Source of the DNA: an uncultured Gemmatimonadales bacterium
Lineage (GTDB): Bacteria; Gemmatimonadota; Gemmatimonadetes; Gemmatimonadales; Gemmatimonadaceae
Reading direction: 5' to 3'
Length of the DNA stretch: 64,000 bases
Assembly (NCBI GenBank): GCA_963793305.1
Contig: CAWBZV010000005.1
Location: forward strand, 1,088,001 to 1,152,000
The position numbers and the translations under genes are program-made. A model generated the notes under the pieces. That model ran no database searches, was not told the DNA's origin, and worked only from the letters and a program-made list of their open reading frames with translations. Shown piece by piece: positions 1 to 10,079 of this stretch; within the stretch, counting starts at the first letter, position 1; every line of letters begins with the position of its first letter.

Positions 1-672
1 CTCGTCGGCCAGCCCGGAACGGGCAAGACGACGCTGGCAGAAGCGATAGCCGAAGCTACGGGTGTGCCGTTGTTCGTGGTTCGGTACGAGGCCATGATCG
101 GCAGTTATCTCGGCGAGACCGCCACTCGAATGAAGCGCGTGTTCGACTACGCGCGCACGACTCCTTGCGTTCTCTTCTTCGATGAATTCGACGCGATTGG
201 CAAGGAGCGCGGCGATTTTCATGAGACGGGCGAAATCAAGCGTGTGGTGACGTCATTGCTGATGCAAGTCGATGACCTACCCAGCTACACGATCCTCGCG
301 GCGGCAACGAACCATCCCGAGCTGCTCGATCGAGCTTCGTGGCGGCGCTTTCAGATCCGACTGCCACTACCGCTCCCTGATGCCCGCGCGCTGACCCGAT
401 ACATCCAGGCATTCGCAGAACAGATCCGCGAGCCGCTCGGCCTCGAGCCCGCTACCATCGCGCGTCGTCTCGGGGCCATCAGTTTTGCCGAGGTCGAGCA
501 ATTCTGTATCGACGTCAGACGACGCAGCGTGTTGACGATCGGCGACAAGCTGGTAAAGAACATCGTTGCCGACCAGCTCGACGTTTGGGATTCGCGCGCG
601 CGTGCAGGACCATCAGGCAAGGGAGGTAAGAGAGGTGGCCGAACGCCCTCTATTGATCCTTCCCGCCGCTGA
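1..672 (+). CDS. AAA+ ATPase, IetA-like (5' partial)
   Basis: Frame is open from base 1: LVGQPGTGKTT Walker A, LFFDEFD Walker B, AATNHP sensor I, LDRASWRRF arginine finger. It lies directly upstream of an S8 protease. Confidence 0.9.
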   Translation, partial: LVGQPGTGKTTLAEAIAEATGVPLFVVRYEAMIGSYLGETATRMKRVFDYARTTPCVLFFDEFDAIGKERGDFHETGEIKRVVTSLLMQVDDLPSYTILAAATNHPELLDRASWRRFQIRLPLPLPDARALTRYIQAFAEQIREPLGLEPATIARRLGAISFAEVEQFCIDVRRRSVLTIGDKLVKNIVADQLDVWDSRARAGPSGKGGKRGGRTPSIDPSRR

Positions 673-2732
673 GCACATTGGGCCGCCGAAGCTCGGAAGC
701 GGTGGCTCCAAGCCGATCACTCCGAACGCATCCCGATCGGCCAGTCAGAACGGAAGTCGAGCTCTGGTTTCGGCGCACGGCCGAGCGTCGCGATCAGGCT
801 GCGCGTGAATTCCGGGCGACCGTCACCGCGGCGGGTGGGGCGATCGTTCATGAGGCGACGATTGCCGAAATCGCCTACCAGGGAGCGTTGATCGACATCC
901 CCGCCGCCGCGATTCCCGAACTGATCGAGCGGCGCCAAGTTGCACTCGCGCTCGCCGATGACGTGATGTTCTTGCGGCCACAGACGGTGCTCTCGGCCCC
1001 GGGAGAGAGTGATAGCTCTGAAGACGGCCAGCCCTCCGACACTCTGCCTCTTCCCAGCGACGCACCGATCGCCGCACTGCTCGATGGTGTGCCTTTGCAA
1101 GGACACGAGCGCCTGGCGGGCCGCTTGACGCTCGATGACCCGGACGACCTGCAAGAGCTTGCACTCGTCAATCGCCGTTTTCACGGTACCGCCATGGCGT
1201 CACTCATTCTTCACGGCGACTTGAACGTACACAGCTTGCCGTTGAGCCGGCCGCTCTACGTGCGTCCCGTGATGATCACATCCGATAATGCGGCCCTCGA
1301 TGAACATACACCGGCGGACCGTCTGCTCATCGACACGCTCTATCGCGCGATCCTGCGGATCGAGGGCACGCCAGAGCAGCCGGGCATCGCGCCGACCGTG
1401 TTTCTGGTCAATCTGTCCCTGGGCGATCGCCGGCGCCCATTCGCGAATCTCGTCAGCCCACTCGCGCGGCTGCTCGACTTCCTCGCGGCGAAGTACGGCA
1501 TCGTTTTTCTGGTGAGTGCTGGTAACGTCACCGATCAACTGACACTGCCTGAATTCAAGCAGTGGAGCGAGTTCCAAGCCGCAACGTCGGAGACGCGCGA
1601 ACGCGCTGTTCTGTCGGCGTTGTTCGCGGCGAAGCACGAACGCTCGCTGCTCTCACCGGCTGAAGCGGTGAACGCGATCACGGTCGGCGCCCAACACACC
1701 GATAACGTGGTCGATCGCATGGTCGCGAACATGGCGGTCGACCCGTTCGCTGATCCGGCGCTTCCGAATGTGAGCTGTGCCCTCGGCCTCGGTTACCGGC
1801 GCGCGGTCAAACCCGATCTCTATCTGCCTGCCGGCCGCGAGTACGTGCGTATGGCCGCAGCGGGCTCGGACGTGCGCTTGATGTTCGGTCGTCCAAACCG
1901 CATGTATGGTCTCTGCGCTGCCGCACCGGACACAGATCTCGCCGGCAGGTTGAATCGGACCGTCTATACTGACGGGACGAGTGCTGCAACCGCGCTCGCC
2001 ACTCGCGCGGCGCATTCGATTTTCGACTCGTTGATGGACCGCAACGGGGGGTCGCTGCTGGCCGATATCCCGTCTGATTATTACGGCGTCGTGGTCAAGA
2101 CGCTTCTGATCCACAGCGCGCGCTGGAACGAGAAAGGCGACCTCCTCAAGGAGATCTGCGGGCCCAGCGATCCGAAACGGTTCGCCGAACGCACGGAAAA
2201 CGCGACGCGCTTTCTCGGATTCGGCGTGCCCGATATCCGAAGGGTGCTCGATTGCGCCGAAAGTCAAGCGACGCTCGTCGGCTACGGAACGCTGCAGCCC
2301 GACCACGCGCACAAGTATCGCATCCCGCTGCCGCCATCGCTCCAAGGCGTGACGAATCCGCGCGAGCTGGCCATTACGCTCGCGTGGTTCACCTCCGTCA
2401 AGCCTGGACATCAGAGCTACCGCACGGTGAAGCTCGAGGCCGCGCCGATTCGCCCCGATGAGGCGCTCGGCGTCACGCGCTTCAAGGATCAGCCGGGGGA
2501 CCCTTCGGTAAAAAAGGGCACGGTCTTTCATGAGCGGTTGTCAGGCAAGCGAGCCGTGCCTTACATCGACGACGGCCACCTGTCCGTGCAAGTATGGTGC
2601 AAAGACGATGCGGGCAATGGCGGCGCTGCCGTGCGCTACGCGGTCGCAGTAACCATTGAGGCGGGGAAACTACTGCCCATCTATGAGGAAGTGCGCGAGC
2701 GCCTGCGCGTTCGGCCACAGCCGCCCGCCTGA
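635..2732 (+). CDS. S8 family (subtilisin-like) serine protease, IetS-like; N-terminus out of frame / apparently internally deleted
   Basis: Triad motifs ALLDG, FHGTAMASL and DGTSAATA, plus NLSLG and VSAGN, in ORF 678-2732. A GGGAGG SD (621-626) and GTG at 635 begin MAERPLLILP in a different frame. Confidence 0.85.
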
Positions 2733-2757
2733 TATTCGCGTTTGCTTTTCATGCTGA

Positions 2758-3177
2758 TCAACCCGAACCGCGCGCCTGCGGGACATAGTCCCACACCGAG
2801 AAACACTGCCACCCGAACTCGCGCGCGGCCCGCACCTGATCAGGTGTGCCGCGTTTATCCACCCAGCCTTCTTGGGCGGCCCGCCACGCGCAGTCCCACA
2901 CGAACGCGAACGTTCGCGCTCTATCGTGGACGATCTCGGCCGCCACCGTCCCCCGGTAGTCGGCGCACCCGGAAATGCCTTCGATGCGCACCCGGTCAAT
3001 GACGAGATCGGGATGCGTCGCGATGAGCTGCGTGATGACCCGCAGCACCTTGATCCGCGGCGCCGCCCGCAGGATGACGACGCGCGAGGCGTCGCGATAA
3101 TCCGCATAGGCCCGGATGTCGGCCTGAAACTCCGGCGTCGATCGCGAGGCCGCCAAGCACGCATTGAGAGAGATCAC
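2758..3177 (-). CDS. Hypothetical protein (139 aa) with SGCxD and WDCxW motifs
   Basis: Protein-like composition; fills the gap between the protease and cca; putative -10 element 6 nt upstream of the GTG. Confidence 0.7.
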   Translation of the reverse strand: MISLNACLAASRSTPEFQADIRAYADYRDASRVVILRAAPRIKVLRVITQLIATHPDLVIDRVRIEGISGCADYRGTVAAEIVHDRARTFAFVWDCAWRAAQEGWVDKRGTPDQVRAAREFGWQCFSVWDYVPQARGSG

Positions 3178-3195
3178 CGTATAATTATGCCACCG
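3177..3195. promoter_or_regulatory. Putative bidirectional -10 element (ATAATTAT palindrome) between divergent start codons
   Basis: Perfect 8-bp palindrome at 3181-3188. The two start codons are 18 bp apart, with no room for SD sequences. Confidence 0.55.
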
Positions 3196-4454
3196 TGCTC
3201 GAACCGCCGCCGGTAGTCCTCGACATTTACGACAAACTCGAACGCGCCGGATACGACACGTGGTGCGTCGGCGGTGCCGTGCGCGACGCGCTCCTCGGGC
3301 TTCCCAATGCTGACTGGGACCTGGCCACCGCGGCCACGCCCCAGGAGGTCATGCGCCTCTTCCGGCGTCACGTGCCGCTCGGCGTCGAGCACGGCACGGT
3401 TGGCGTGCTCGACCGCCATAACGTGGCCCACGAGGTGACCACATTCCGGCGAGACGTTGAGACCGATGGCCGCCACGCGGTCGTGAAATTCGGGGCCACA
3501 CTCGACGAAGACCTCGCGCGCCGCGACTTCACCATCAACGCGATCGCGTACAAGCCGCGCTCGGACGAGATCCGCGACCCGTTCGGAGGCCGTGCCGATC
3601 TCGCCCGCGGCATCGTCCGCGCCGTCGGGAATCCTTCGGATCGCATGCGCGAGGACCGCCTGCGCGCGCTCCGTGCGATCCGTTTCGCGGCCCGCTTCGA
3701 GTTCGACATCGACCCCGACTACCTGGACCGCCATTGTCGCCAGCGTCCCCGATCTCCCGACGACTCTCGGTCGAGCGCGATCACCCAGGAGATCGAGAAG
3801 ACGATGGAGCAAGTGCGCCGCCCGTCGCTGGCGTTTACGCGGTGGCGCTCTTCCGGCGCGCTCGCCAGCTCATGCCGGCATTCAGTGTCCATCGTGAACG
3901 ACGAGGTGACGATCACGTCACTCGATTGTCTTCCCGTTGCCATCTGGGCCACGCGAAGATCCGCGACAAGCGAATCGGCTCGCGGCACTGCTCTTCTCGA
4001 CGGCGAAGGGCGGCGTGCCACTCTCGACTGAGCCTGACGAAGCAGCGCATCAAATGGATCGAGGCGCTCGCCGAATCGTGGTCTGCGCTTACGGGCCGAC
4101 GATCACGGGAGATGCCACGCCGGCACAGATTCGGCAGTGGGTGTCGCGCATCGGCCGACTCAATACCGACCCGTTCTTTCGGATCGCGGCGGCGCGATGG
4201 ACGGCAGCGCCGTGCGACGTTTGCGCCGCCCGCAACCTCGCGCGAGCCTGTACGGACGTCGGTGCGAGCCGCGTTCCACAATCCGGTCGAGATCGGTAAT
4301 CTGGCGATCAATGGGAGCGATCTCCTGTTCTCGTGGCCATCCCGCCCGGACCCGCGCATGGGTCAGATTCTGGAGAGTCTCTTGGACTGAGGTGCTCGTC
4401 GACCCGGTCGCAACACCCGCGATACTTACTCGATGCACGCGCGCAGCTGCATGA
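3195..4454 (+). CDS. cca: CCA-adding tRNA nucleotidyltransferase (class II), several frameshifts after ~3720
   Basis: VGGAVRD, DWDLAT, EVTTFR, EDLARRDFTINA and EDRLRALRAIRF motifs. The C-terminal LAINGxDL...G.IL..LLD segment is in another frame. End coordinate approximate. Confidence 0.85.
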
Positions 4455-4485
4455 CGCGATTCCGTTCTAGTTTTTAAAAATTTCT

Positions 4486-5020
4486 ATGTTTTTCCGCGGC
4501 CGACAACCTGAGAACGTCCATCTGGCGCCGGTTTCGCTCCGGGCTGGATGGCTTCACGTTTCTCAAAGAAGACGGATACTACGCGGCCCACGTGGTCGCG
4601 AACGCGGAGCGCGTGGTGGATCTCTTCTACGTGCTGGCCGAGCACCTGTCGCCGGCGGTCGACGTCGCGATCGAGGACAAGCGGAGCCAGCAGTCGTGGC
4701 GCGGCGAGCGCGTCGCGCTCCCGGACGTGCAGGATGCGATCGGCCGGCTCAAGGTGCCGCTCGCGGCGGCCGGCGGGATCGAGTTCTCCGTCTTCACGGC
4801 CGACGACCAACTCACGCTCAACCCGCAGCTGGAGCTGTTCATCTACTCCCGCAGCGACCGCTGGTACTATTTGCTGACGGGCATGGGCCTCGAAGAGCGC
4901 CGGTCGGTGCCGACGAAGAGCTGGAAAACCTCGCGCCACGCATATGACCCGGCGCCCGATTTGACCGATGCGCTGGCGGCAGCGGCCTCGCGATTGGGCC
5001 TCGCGCAGGCGCCGGCGTGA
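4486..5020 (+). CDS. Hypothetical protein (~177 aa), one frameshift at ~4513
   Basis: Removing one A from GAACGTC (4512-4518) joins MFFRGRQPE to TSIWRRFRSG...VVANAERVVDLF (ORF 4592-5020). Its stop overlaps the rarA start (GTGA). Confidence 0.7.
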
Positions 5021-6345
5021 GCCCTGCTCGCCGTCGCGCCGCCGAGTCTGGCGATTCGCTCTTCGCATCGCAGGTCGGCGAGCCGCTCGCGGCCCGCATG
5101 CGACCCCAAACGCTCGACGAGTTCGCGGGCCAGCAGCGGATCATCGGCCCCGATACGCCGCTCCGCCTGGCGATCGAACGGGGCGTCGTCGACTCGCTGC
5201 TCTTCTGGGGACCACCCGGTTCGGGCAAGACAACACTCGCTCGCCTCATCGCGCGCTATACCGACCGCGTGTTCGTGCCGTTCTCCGCGGTGGTTGATGG
5301 TATTCCGCGCATTCGCGAAGTCGTCGCCGAGGCGGCGGGTCGTCGCGCCGAGGGGCGGGGCACCATTCTCTTCGTGGACGAAATCCACAGGTTGAACCGC
5401 GCTCAGCAAGACGCATTTCTTCCACACGTCGAAAACGGGACATTCACCCTGATCGGCGCAACGACCGAAAATCCGTCGTTCGAAATCAACGGCGCGCTCT
5501 TATCGCGGCTTCGGGTCTTCGTTCTCGACCCGTTGAGCACCGACGACCTCGTCCGTCTCGCCGAGCGCGGCCTGGGTTCGCTCGGCGTACAAGCCGAAGA
5601 AGACGCCCTACGGCTTATCGCCGAAAGCGCGGACGGTGACGCGCGCCGTGCGTTGAATGCGATCGAGGCGGCCGCGATGCAAGTCGGGGCCGGAGGCATG
5701 ATCACCCCGCAAATCGCGGTCGCCGCCCTACAGACGCGCATGCCGCGATACGACAAGTCGGGTGAAGAGCACTTCAATCTCATCTCGGCGTATCACAAGG
5801 CTTTGCGTGGAAGTGACCCACAGGGCGCCTTATACTGGCTGGCAAGAATGATCGAAGGCGGCGAAGACCCTATGTACATCGCCCGCCGAACGGTGCGGTT
5901 CGCGGCGGAAGACGTGGGCCTCGCGGATCCACAAGCGCTGCAAATCGCGATCGCTGCCCGCGACACGTATCACTTTCTCGGGTCACCCGAGGGCGAGCTC
6001 GCCCTCGCCGAAGCCGCGGTCTACCTCGCGACGGCTCCCAAGTCGAACAAGGTCTATCAAGCCTGGGGCGCCGCGCTCGAGCTCGCGCGACGCACGCCGG
6101 CCGCGGCGGTGCCCATGCACATTCGCAATGCGCCGACGCGTCTCATGAAGGAACTGGGATATGGACGTGGGTACCAGTATGCGCACTCGGTGCCCGAGGC
6201 GTACATTCCTCAGGAATATTTGCCGGACGAAGTCGCGGGCGAAGTGCTCTACGAGCCTGGCGCATTCGGGTTCGAGAAAGAGATCGCGAAACGACTCGCG
6301 TGGTGGAAGGAGCTCAAGGAGAAAGGCACATCGCACGATCACTGA
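5017..6345 (+). CDS. rarA: Replication-associated recombination protein A (RarA/MgsA)
   Basis: PLAARMRP, WGPPGSGKTT, FVDEIHR, GATTENPSF, ISAYHKALRGSD and EDVGLADP motifs. Confidence 0.95.
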   Translation: MSPARRRAAESGDSLFASQVGEPLAARMRPQTLDEFAGQQRIIGPDTPLRLAIERGVVDSLLFWGPPGSGKTTLARLIARYTDRVFVPFSAVVDGIPRIREVVAEAAGRRAEGRGTILFVDEIHRLNRAQQDAFLPHVENGTFTLIGATTENPSFEINGALLSRLRVFVLDPLSTDDLVRLAERGLGSLGVQAEEDALRLIAESADGDARRALNAIEAAAMQVGAGGMITPQIAVAALQTRMPRYDKSGEEHFNLISAYHKALRGSDPQGALYWLARMIEGGEDPMYIARRTVRFAAEDVGLADPQALQIAIAARDTYHFLGSPEGELALAEAAVYLATAPKSNKVYQAWGAALELARRTPAAAVPMHIRNAPTRLMKELGYGRGYQYAHSVPEAYIPQEYLPDEVAGEVLYEPGAFGFEKEIAKRLAWWKELKEKGTSHDH

Positions 6346-7625
6346 TTTCGCTGACCCCGCCGATCGAACGCGCGCTCCTCATTGGCGCGCCACTCAAGCG
6401 ATCGGCGGACCGCCATCAGATCGACGAGCACCTCGAAGAGCTCGCCCGGCTGGCGGATACGGCCGGTGCGGTCGTCGTCGGCGAGCTGACGCAGAAGCTC
6501 GACCGCCCCGATCCCGCGACGTACCTCGGCAAAGGCAAGATCGACGAGCTCAAGGCTCTCGTGGAGGCGCAGCAAGCAACGCTCGTGATTTTCGACGACC
6601 AGCTGACGCCAGCCCAAGGCCGCAATGTCGAAGAAGTCACCGGTCGCCGCGTGATGGATCGCCCCGAGTTGATCCTCGACATTTTCGCGACCCGGGCGCG
6701 CACCGCCGAAGCCAAGCTGCAGGTCGAGCTCGCGCAACTCGAATACCTGCTCCCGCGCCTGACGCGTATGTGGGCCCACCTCGAAGGGCAACGCGGCGGT
6801 ATCGGCCTCAGGGGTCCCGGCGAAACACAGCTCGAAACCGACCGGCGGCTGATCAACAACCGCATTCGCTTGCTCAAAGACCGCCTGACCGATGTCGAGC
6901 GGGCACGCGCGATCCAACGCCAGTCCCGAAAGAACGCGTTCAGGGTATCGCTGGTCGGGTACACCAACGCCGGGAAATCCTCGATCCTCCGCGCGTTGAC
7001 CGGGGCCGACGACATCGTGGTCGAGGATCGTTTGTTTGCAACGTTGGATCCGTTGACCCGAGAGATCGAGCTCGAAGGCAACTCGCACGTACTGGTTACG
7101 GACACCGTAGGGTTCATTCGGAAGCTGCCGCACAACCTCGTCGCGTCATTCCGAGCGACCCTCGAAGAGGTCACCGAGGCGGATCTTCTCCTGCACGTGA
7201 TCGACGCCAACCATCCCGCATGGGAGGAACAAAAGGCGGTCGTCGAGCAGGTGCTCTCCGAGATCGGGGCGGCCGAGAAACCGGTCATGTACGTCTTCAA
7301 CAAGATGGATACGGTTCCGCTCGCCAACCGAGAACCGTTTATGGAGCGCGTGCGTAATCTCCTTCCGGGCGCGGTTTTCGTGTCGGTGGCCGACAATCGC
7401 CTCGACGAGCTTCGCGGCGCGCTCGTTGCATCCGTGCGAGAATCGAGGCCCATAACGCAGGTCACTTTGTCGGCGACCGATGGGAAGCTTCTCGCGGAGC
7501 TCCATAGGGACGCCGAAGTGCTGGATATACAGAACGACGGTGCCAACGTGGTCGTCAAAGCGCGGTTGGATAACGCACTCGCGGGCCGGTTGCGGCGGGC
7601 CGGCGCACGCGTCTCACAAAGGTGA
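6330..7625 (+). CDS. hflX: GTPase HflX (start uncertain: ATC 6330, CTG 6342 or GTG 6300)
   Basis: LILDIFA, LQVELAQL, GPGETQLETDRR, GYTNAGKSS, LFATLD, DTVGF and NKMD motifs. Confidence 0.95.
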   Translation: MARSLISLTPPIERALLIGAPLKRSADRHQIDEHLEELARLADTAGAVVVGELTQKLDRPDPATYLGKGKIDELKALVEAQQATLVIFDDQLTPAQGRNVEEVTGRRVMDRPELILDIFATRARTAEAKLQVELAQLEYLLPRLTRMWAHLEGQRGGIGLRGPGETQLETDRRLINNRIRLLKDRLTDVERARAIQRQSRKNAFRVSLVGYTNAGKSSILRALTGADDIVVEDRLFATLDPLTREIELEGNSHVLVTDTVGFIRKLPHNLVASFRATLEEVTEADLLLHVIDANHPAWEEQKAVVEQVLSEIGAAEKPVMYVFNKMDTVPLANREPFMERVRNLLPGAVFVSVADNRLDELRGALVASVRESRPITQVTLSATDGKLLAELHRDAEVLDIQNDGANVVVKARLDNALAGRLRRAGARVSQR

Positions 7626-7703
7626 GGCTTTGGTAACGCCCACGGTCACACCGACTTTGCCGCTGGCGTCGAGCGGGTGACTCCAGCAGAATACTGGAAC
7701 CGC

Positions 7704-9254
7704 GTGACCAATCTGTTTTCGCCCGAATCGGTCCTTCGTTCCGCGCTCGCGCTTGCCCTGTCGGCAGCGCTCTCCGTCGTCCTCACCTATCTCGTACGCC
7801 AGCGCGCCCGGCGCGCCGGTCTCTTCGACCGCGCCGACGCACGGAAGCTGCACGCGACCGAGATCCCGCGCATTGGCGGCGTCGCCATCGTCGCGTCCGT
7901 CGCGCTCACGCTCGCCGTCCTCGCCGGCGTCATCGGACCGAACGCGTTTCTCGAGAAGGGTTCCGGCCTCCTCGTCGTCCTCGGTGGTGCGCTCGCCATT
8001 CACGTCCTCGGATTGTACGACGATCTCTGGCAGGTCCGCGCCCGCTGGAAATTCCTGACGCAAATTCTCATCGCGCTCGCCGTCTACATCCTCGGCGTCC
8101 GCATGACGACGCTGTCGCTGCCGTTCATCGGCATCGTCAATCTGCCGTTCGCCATCAGCCTGGCGTTCACGGTGCTGTGGTTCGTTGGCATCACGAACGC
8201 GTTTAATCTCATCGACGGTCTCGATGGCCTCGCCGCGGGCGCGGCGCTCTTCGCCTTGATGACGATGTTCGTCGTCGCCAGCGCCAACGGCCGCTCCGGC
8301 GCCGCTCTGGTCACCCTGGTATTGGCCGGCGCCACCCTCGGTTTTCTCTATTACAACTTCCACCCGGCGACCATCTTCCTCGGTGACTCCGGCAGCCTGT
8401 TCCTCGGCTTCATGCTCGCCGGCATCGGTCTCTTGAGCGCCCAGAAATCGCCGACGGTCATCGCCGTTGCGATCCCGGTCGTGTCACTCGGCCTCCCGGT
8501 GCTCGACACGTCGCTGGCGATTCTTCGCCGCTTCCTGCGCCGGCAACCGATCTTCTCCGCTGATCGCGGTCATATTCACCACCGTCTCCTCGGCGCCGGC
8601 CGGTCTCCGCGCGCCGTGGTGCTCATGCTGTATGCCGCGTGCGCCGTGTTGGCCTTGTGCGGCATGCTGCTGGTGAACGAGGGCGGCCACGTCGCGTTCG
8701 TGTTGGCGTTGATTGGGGTGGGAGTCCTGTTCACCGTCCAGCGCCTCAAGATTTACGAGTTCGAGGAAGTCGCGCGGCTGCTGCGCATCGGGGCCCGGCA
8801 GCGCCATACGATTGCGCGAGGGGTGAGAGTCAGAGAGGCCAGTGCACGACTGGCTGATTTGAGCGACCTGGGCGAGGTCTTCGACGCGCTCGAGCGGTTA
8901 TTCGCCGAGGACGGCTGCCCGCGAGTCGAGTTGCAGCTGGCCGCGGCGTTTGTGCAGGAGCCCCAGGATCTCGTGCTCTGGTCCTGGTGCCGCGACCCAC
9001 ACGTCGATGCGACCTGGTGGTCGGTGACGCTCCCGCTGCTCGATGCCCGCGGTCGCCGGATGGGCACGCTGCAGTTCTGGCAAGAGGGCGCGCTCACCAA
9101 GAGCGCGCTGCCCCATTTCCACACGATCGCCGGCGAGCTCCGCTCACAGATCGAGTTCAAGGTCCTCACACTCTGGCGCACCGTGCCTCGCACCCGTCGG
9201 CCCACCGGCGAACGTGAGCGCGTCCCGACCGGATCCGGCCCGCGCGTCGCTTGA
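7704..9254 (+). CDS. wecA: WecA/MraY-family undecaprenyl-phosphate HexNAc-1-phosphate transferase with ~150-aa soluble C-terminal extension
   Basis: RKLH..IPRIGG, GLYDD, NAFNLIDGLDGLA, NFHPATIFLGDSG and DRGHIHHRL motifs; multiple TM segments. Confidence 0.9.
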   Translation: MTNLFSPESVLRSALALALSAALSVVLTYLVRQRARRAGLFDRADARKLHATEIPRIGGVAIVASVALTLAVLAGVIGPNAFLEKGSGLLVVLGGALAIHVLGLYDDLWQVRARWKFLTQILIALAVYILGVRMTTLSLPFIGIVNLPFAISLAFTVLWFVGITNAFNLIDGLDGLAAGAALFALMTMFVVASANGRSGAALVTLVLAGATLGFLYYNFHPATIFLGDSGSLFLGFMLAGIGLLSAQKSPTVIAVAIPVVSLGLPVLDTSLAILRRFLRRQPIFSADRGHIHHRLLGAGRSPRAVVLMLYAACAVLALCGMLLVNEGGHVAFVLALIGVGVLFTVQRLKIYEFEEVARLLRIGARQRHTIARGVRVREASARLADLSDLGEVFDALERLFAEDGCPRVELQLAAAFVQEPQDLVLWSWCRDPHVDATWWSVTLPLLDARGRRMGTLQFWQEGALTKSALPHFHTIAGELRSQIEFKVLTLWRTVPRTRRPTGERERVPTGSGPRVA

Positions 9255-10078
9255 CCACGGTCCCACGGCTCCACGTATACAGACGTTGACAGGGAGTTGC
9301 GGCACTCGACTGGGCCGAGCTCTGGGAGTATCGCGAGCTCCTGTACTTCCTGGTCTGGCGCGACGTCGAAGTCCGCTACAAACAAGCCGTGCTGGGCGCC
9401 GGCTGGGCCGTGTTGCAGCCGGCGATGGCGATGGTGATCTTTACGATCATCTTCGGGCGGCTGGTCAAGCTGCCAACGGATGGCTCCCCGTACCCCGTCT
9501 TCGTATACGCTGGTCTCCTGCCGTGGACGTTCTTCAGTAACGCGGTATCCACCGCGTCCAACAGCTTGGTCAACAGCGCGAACCTGATTACGAAGGTCTA
9601 TTTCCCGCGCGTGATCATCCCCCTCGCCGCCGTCGGAGCTGGCTTGGTCGATTTCACGGTTGCCTTCGGCCTTCTCATCATTTTGCTGGTGTGGTATCAC
9701 ATCCCACTGACGCCGTGGTTCGCGCTCGTACCGGTGTTCTTGTTCCTGACCATCATTGCGGCGGTCGGGGTGGGCACCATCCTGTCGGCGCTCACCGTGA
9801 ACTATCGCGACTTCCGCTGGGTTCTCCCGTTCGCGATCCAGGTGTGGCTCTACGCGACGCCGGTGACCTACGCCTCGTCCGTGGTCCCCGAGAAGTGGCG
9901 CGTGGCGTTCGGCCTCAATCCCATGGCCGGTGTGGTCGAGGGATTCCGGTCCGCGGTACTCGGGCGTCCGCCGCTCTGGACGCTCGTCGACACGTCGGCG
10001 GTCGTGGCGGTCACGACCCTGGTGCTCGGCCTGGTCTACTTCCAACGGGTCGAGCGGACCTTCGTCGACGTCGTCTGA
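9251..10078 (+). CDS. wzm: ABC-2 polysaccharide exporter permease (Wzm); in-frame TGA at 9287-9289
   Basis: ELWEYRELLYFLVWRDVEVRYKQAVLG, LITKVYFPR, YRDF and LNPM motifs. TTG 9251 overlaps the wecA stop. Confidence 0.9.
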
Positions 10079-10079
10079 C

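Noticed and set aside
3700..4454. cca as a pseudogene
   Set aside because: Both tRNAs here lack an encoded CCA, so the activity is needed. The dense indels look like a low-quality consensus patch. A second cca elsewhere cannot be excluded.
9287..9289. Selenocysteine or programmed readthrough at the wzm in-frame TGA
   Set aside because: It lies in a variable N-terminal position with no Cys-type motif and no evident SECIS. A miscall or point mutation is simpler.
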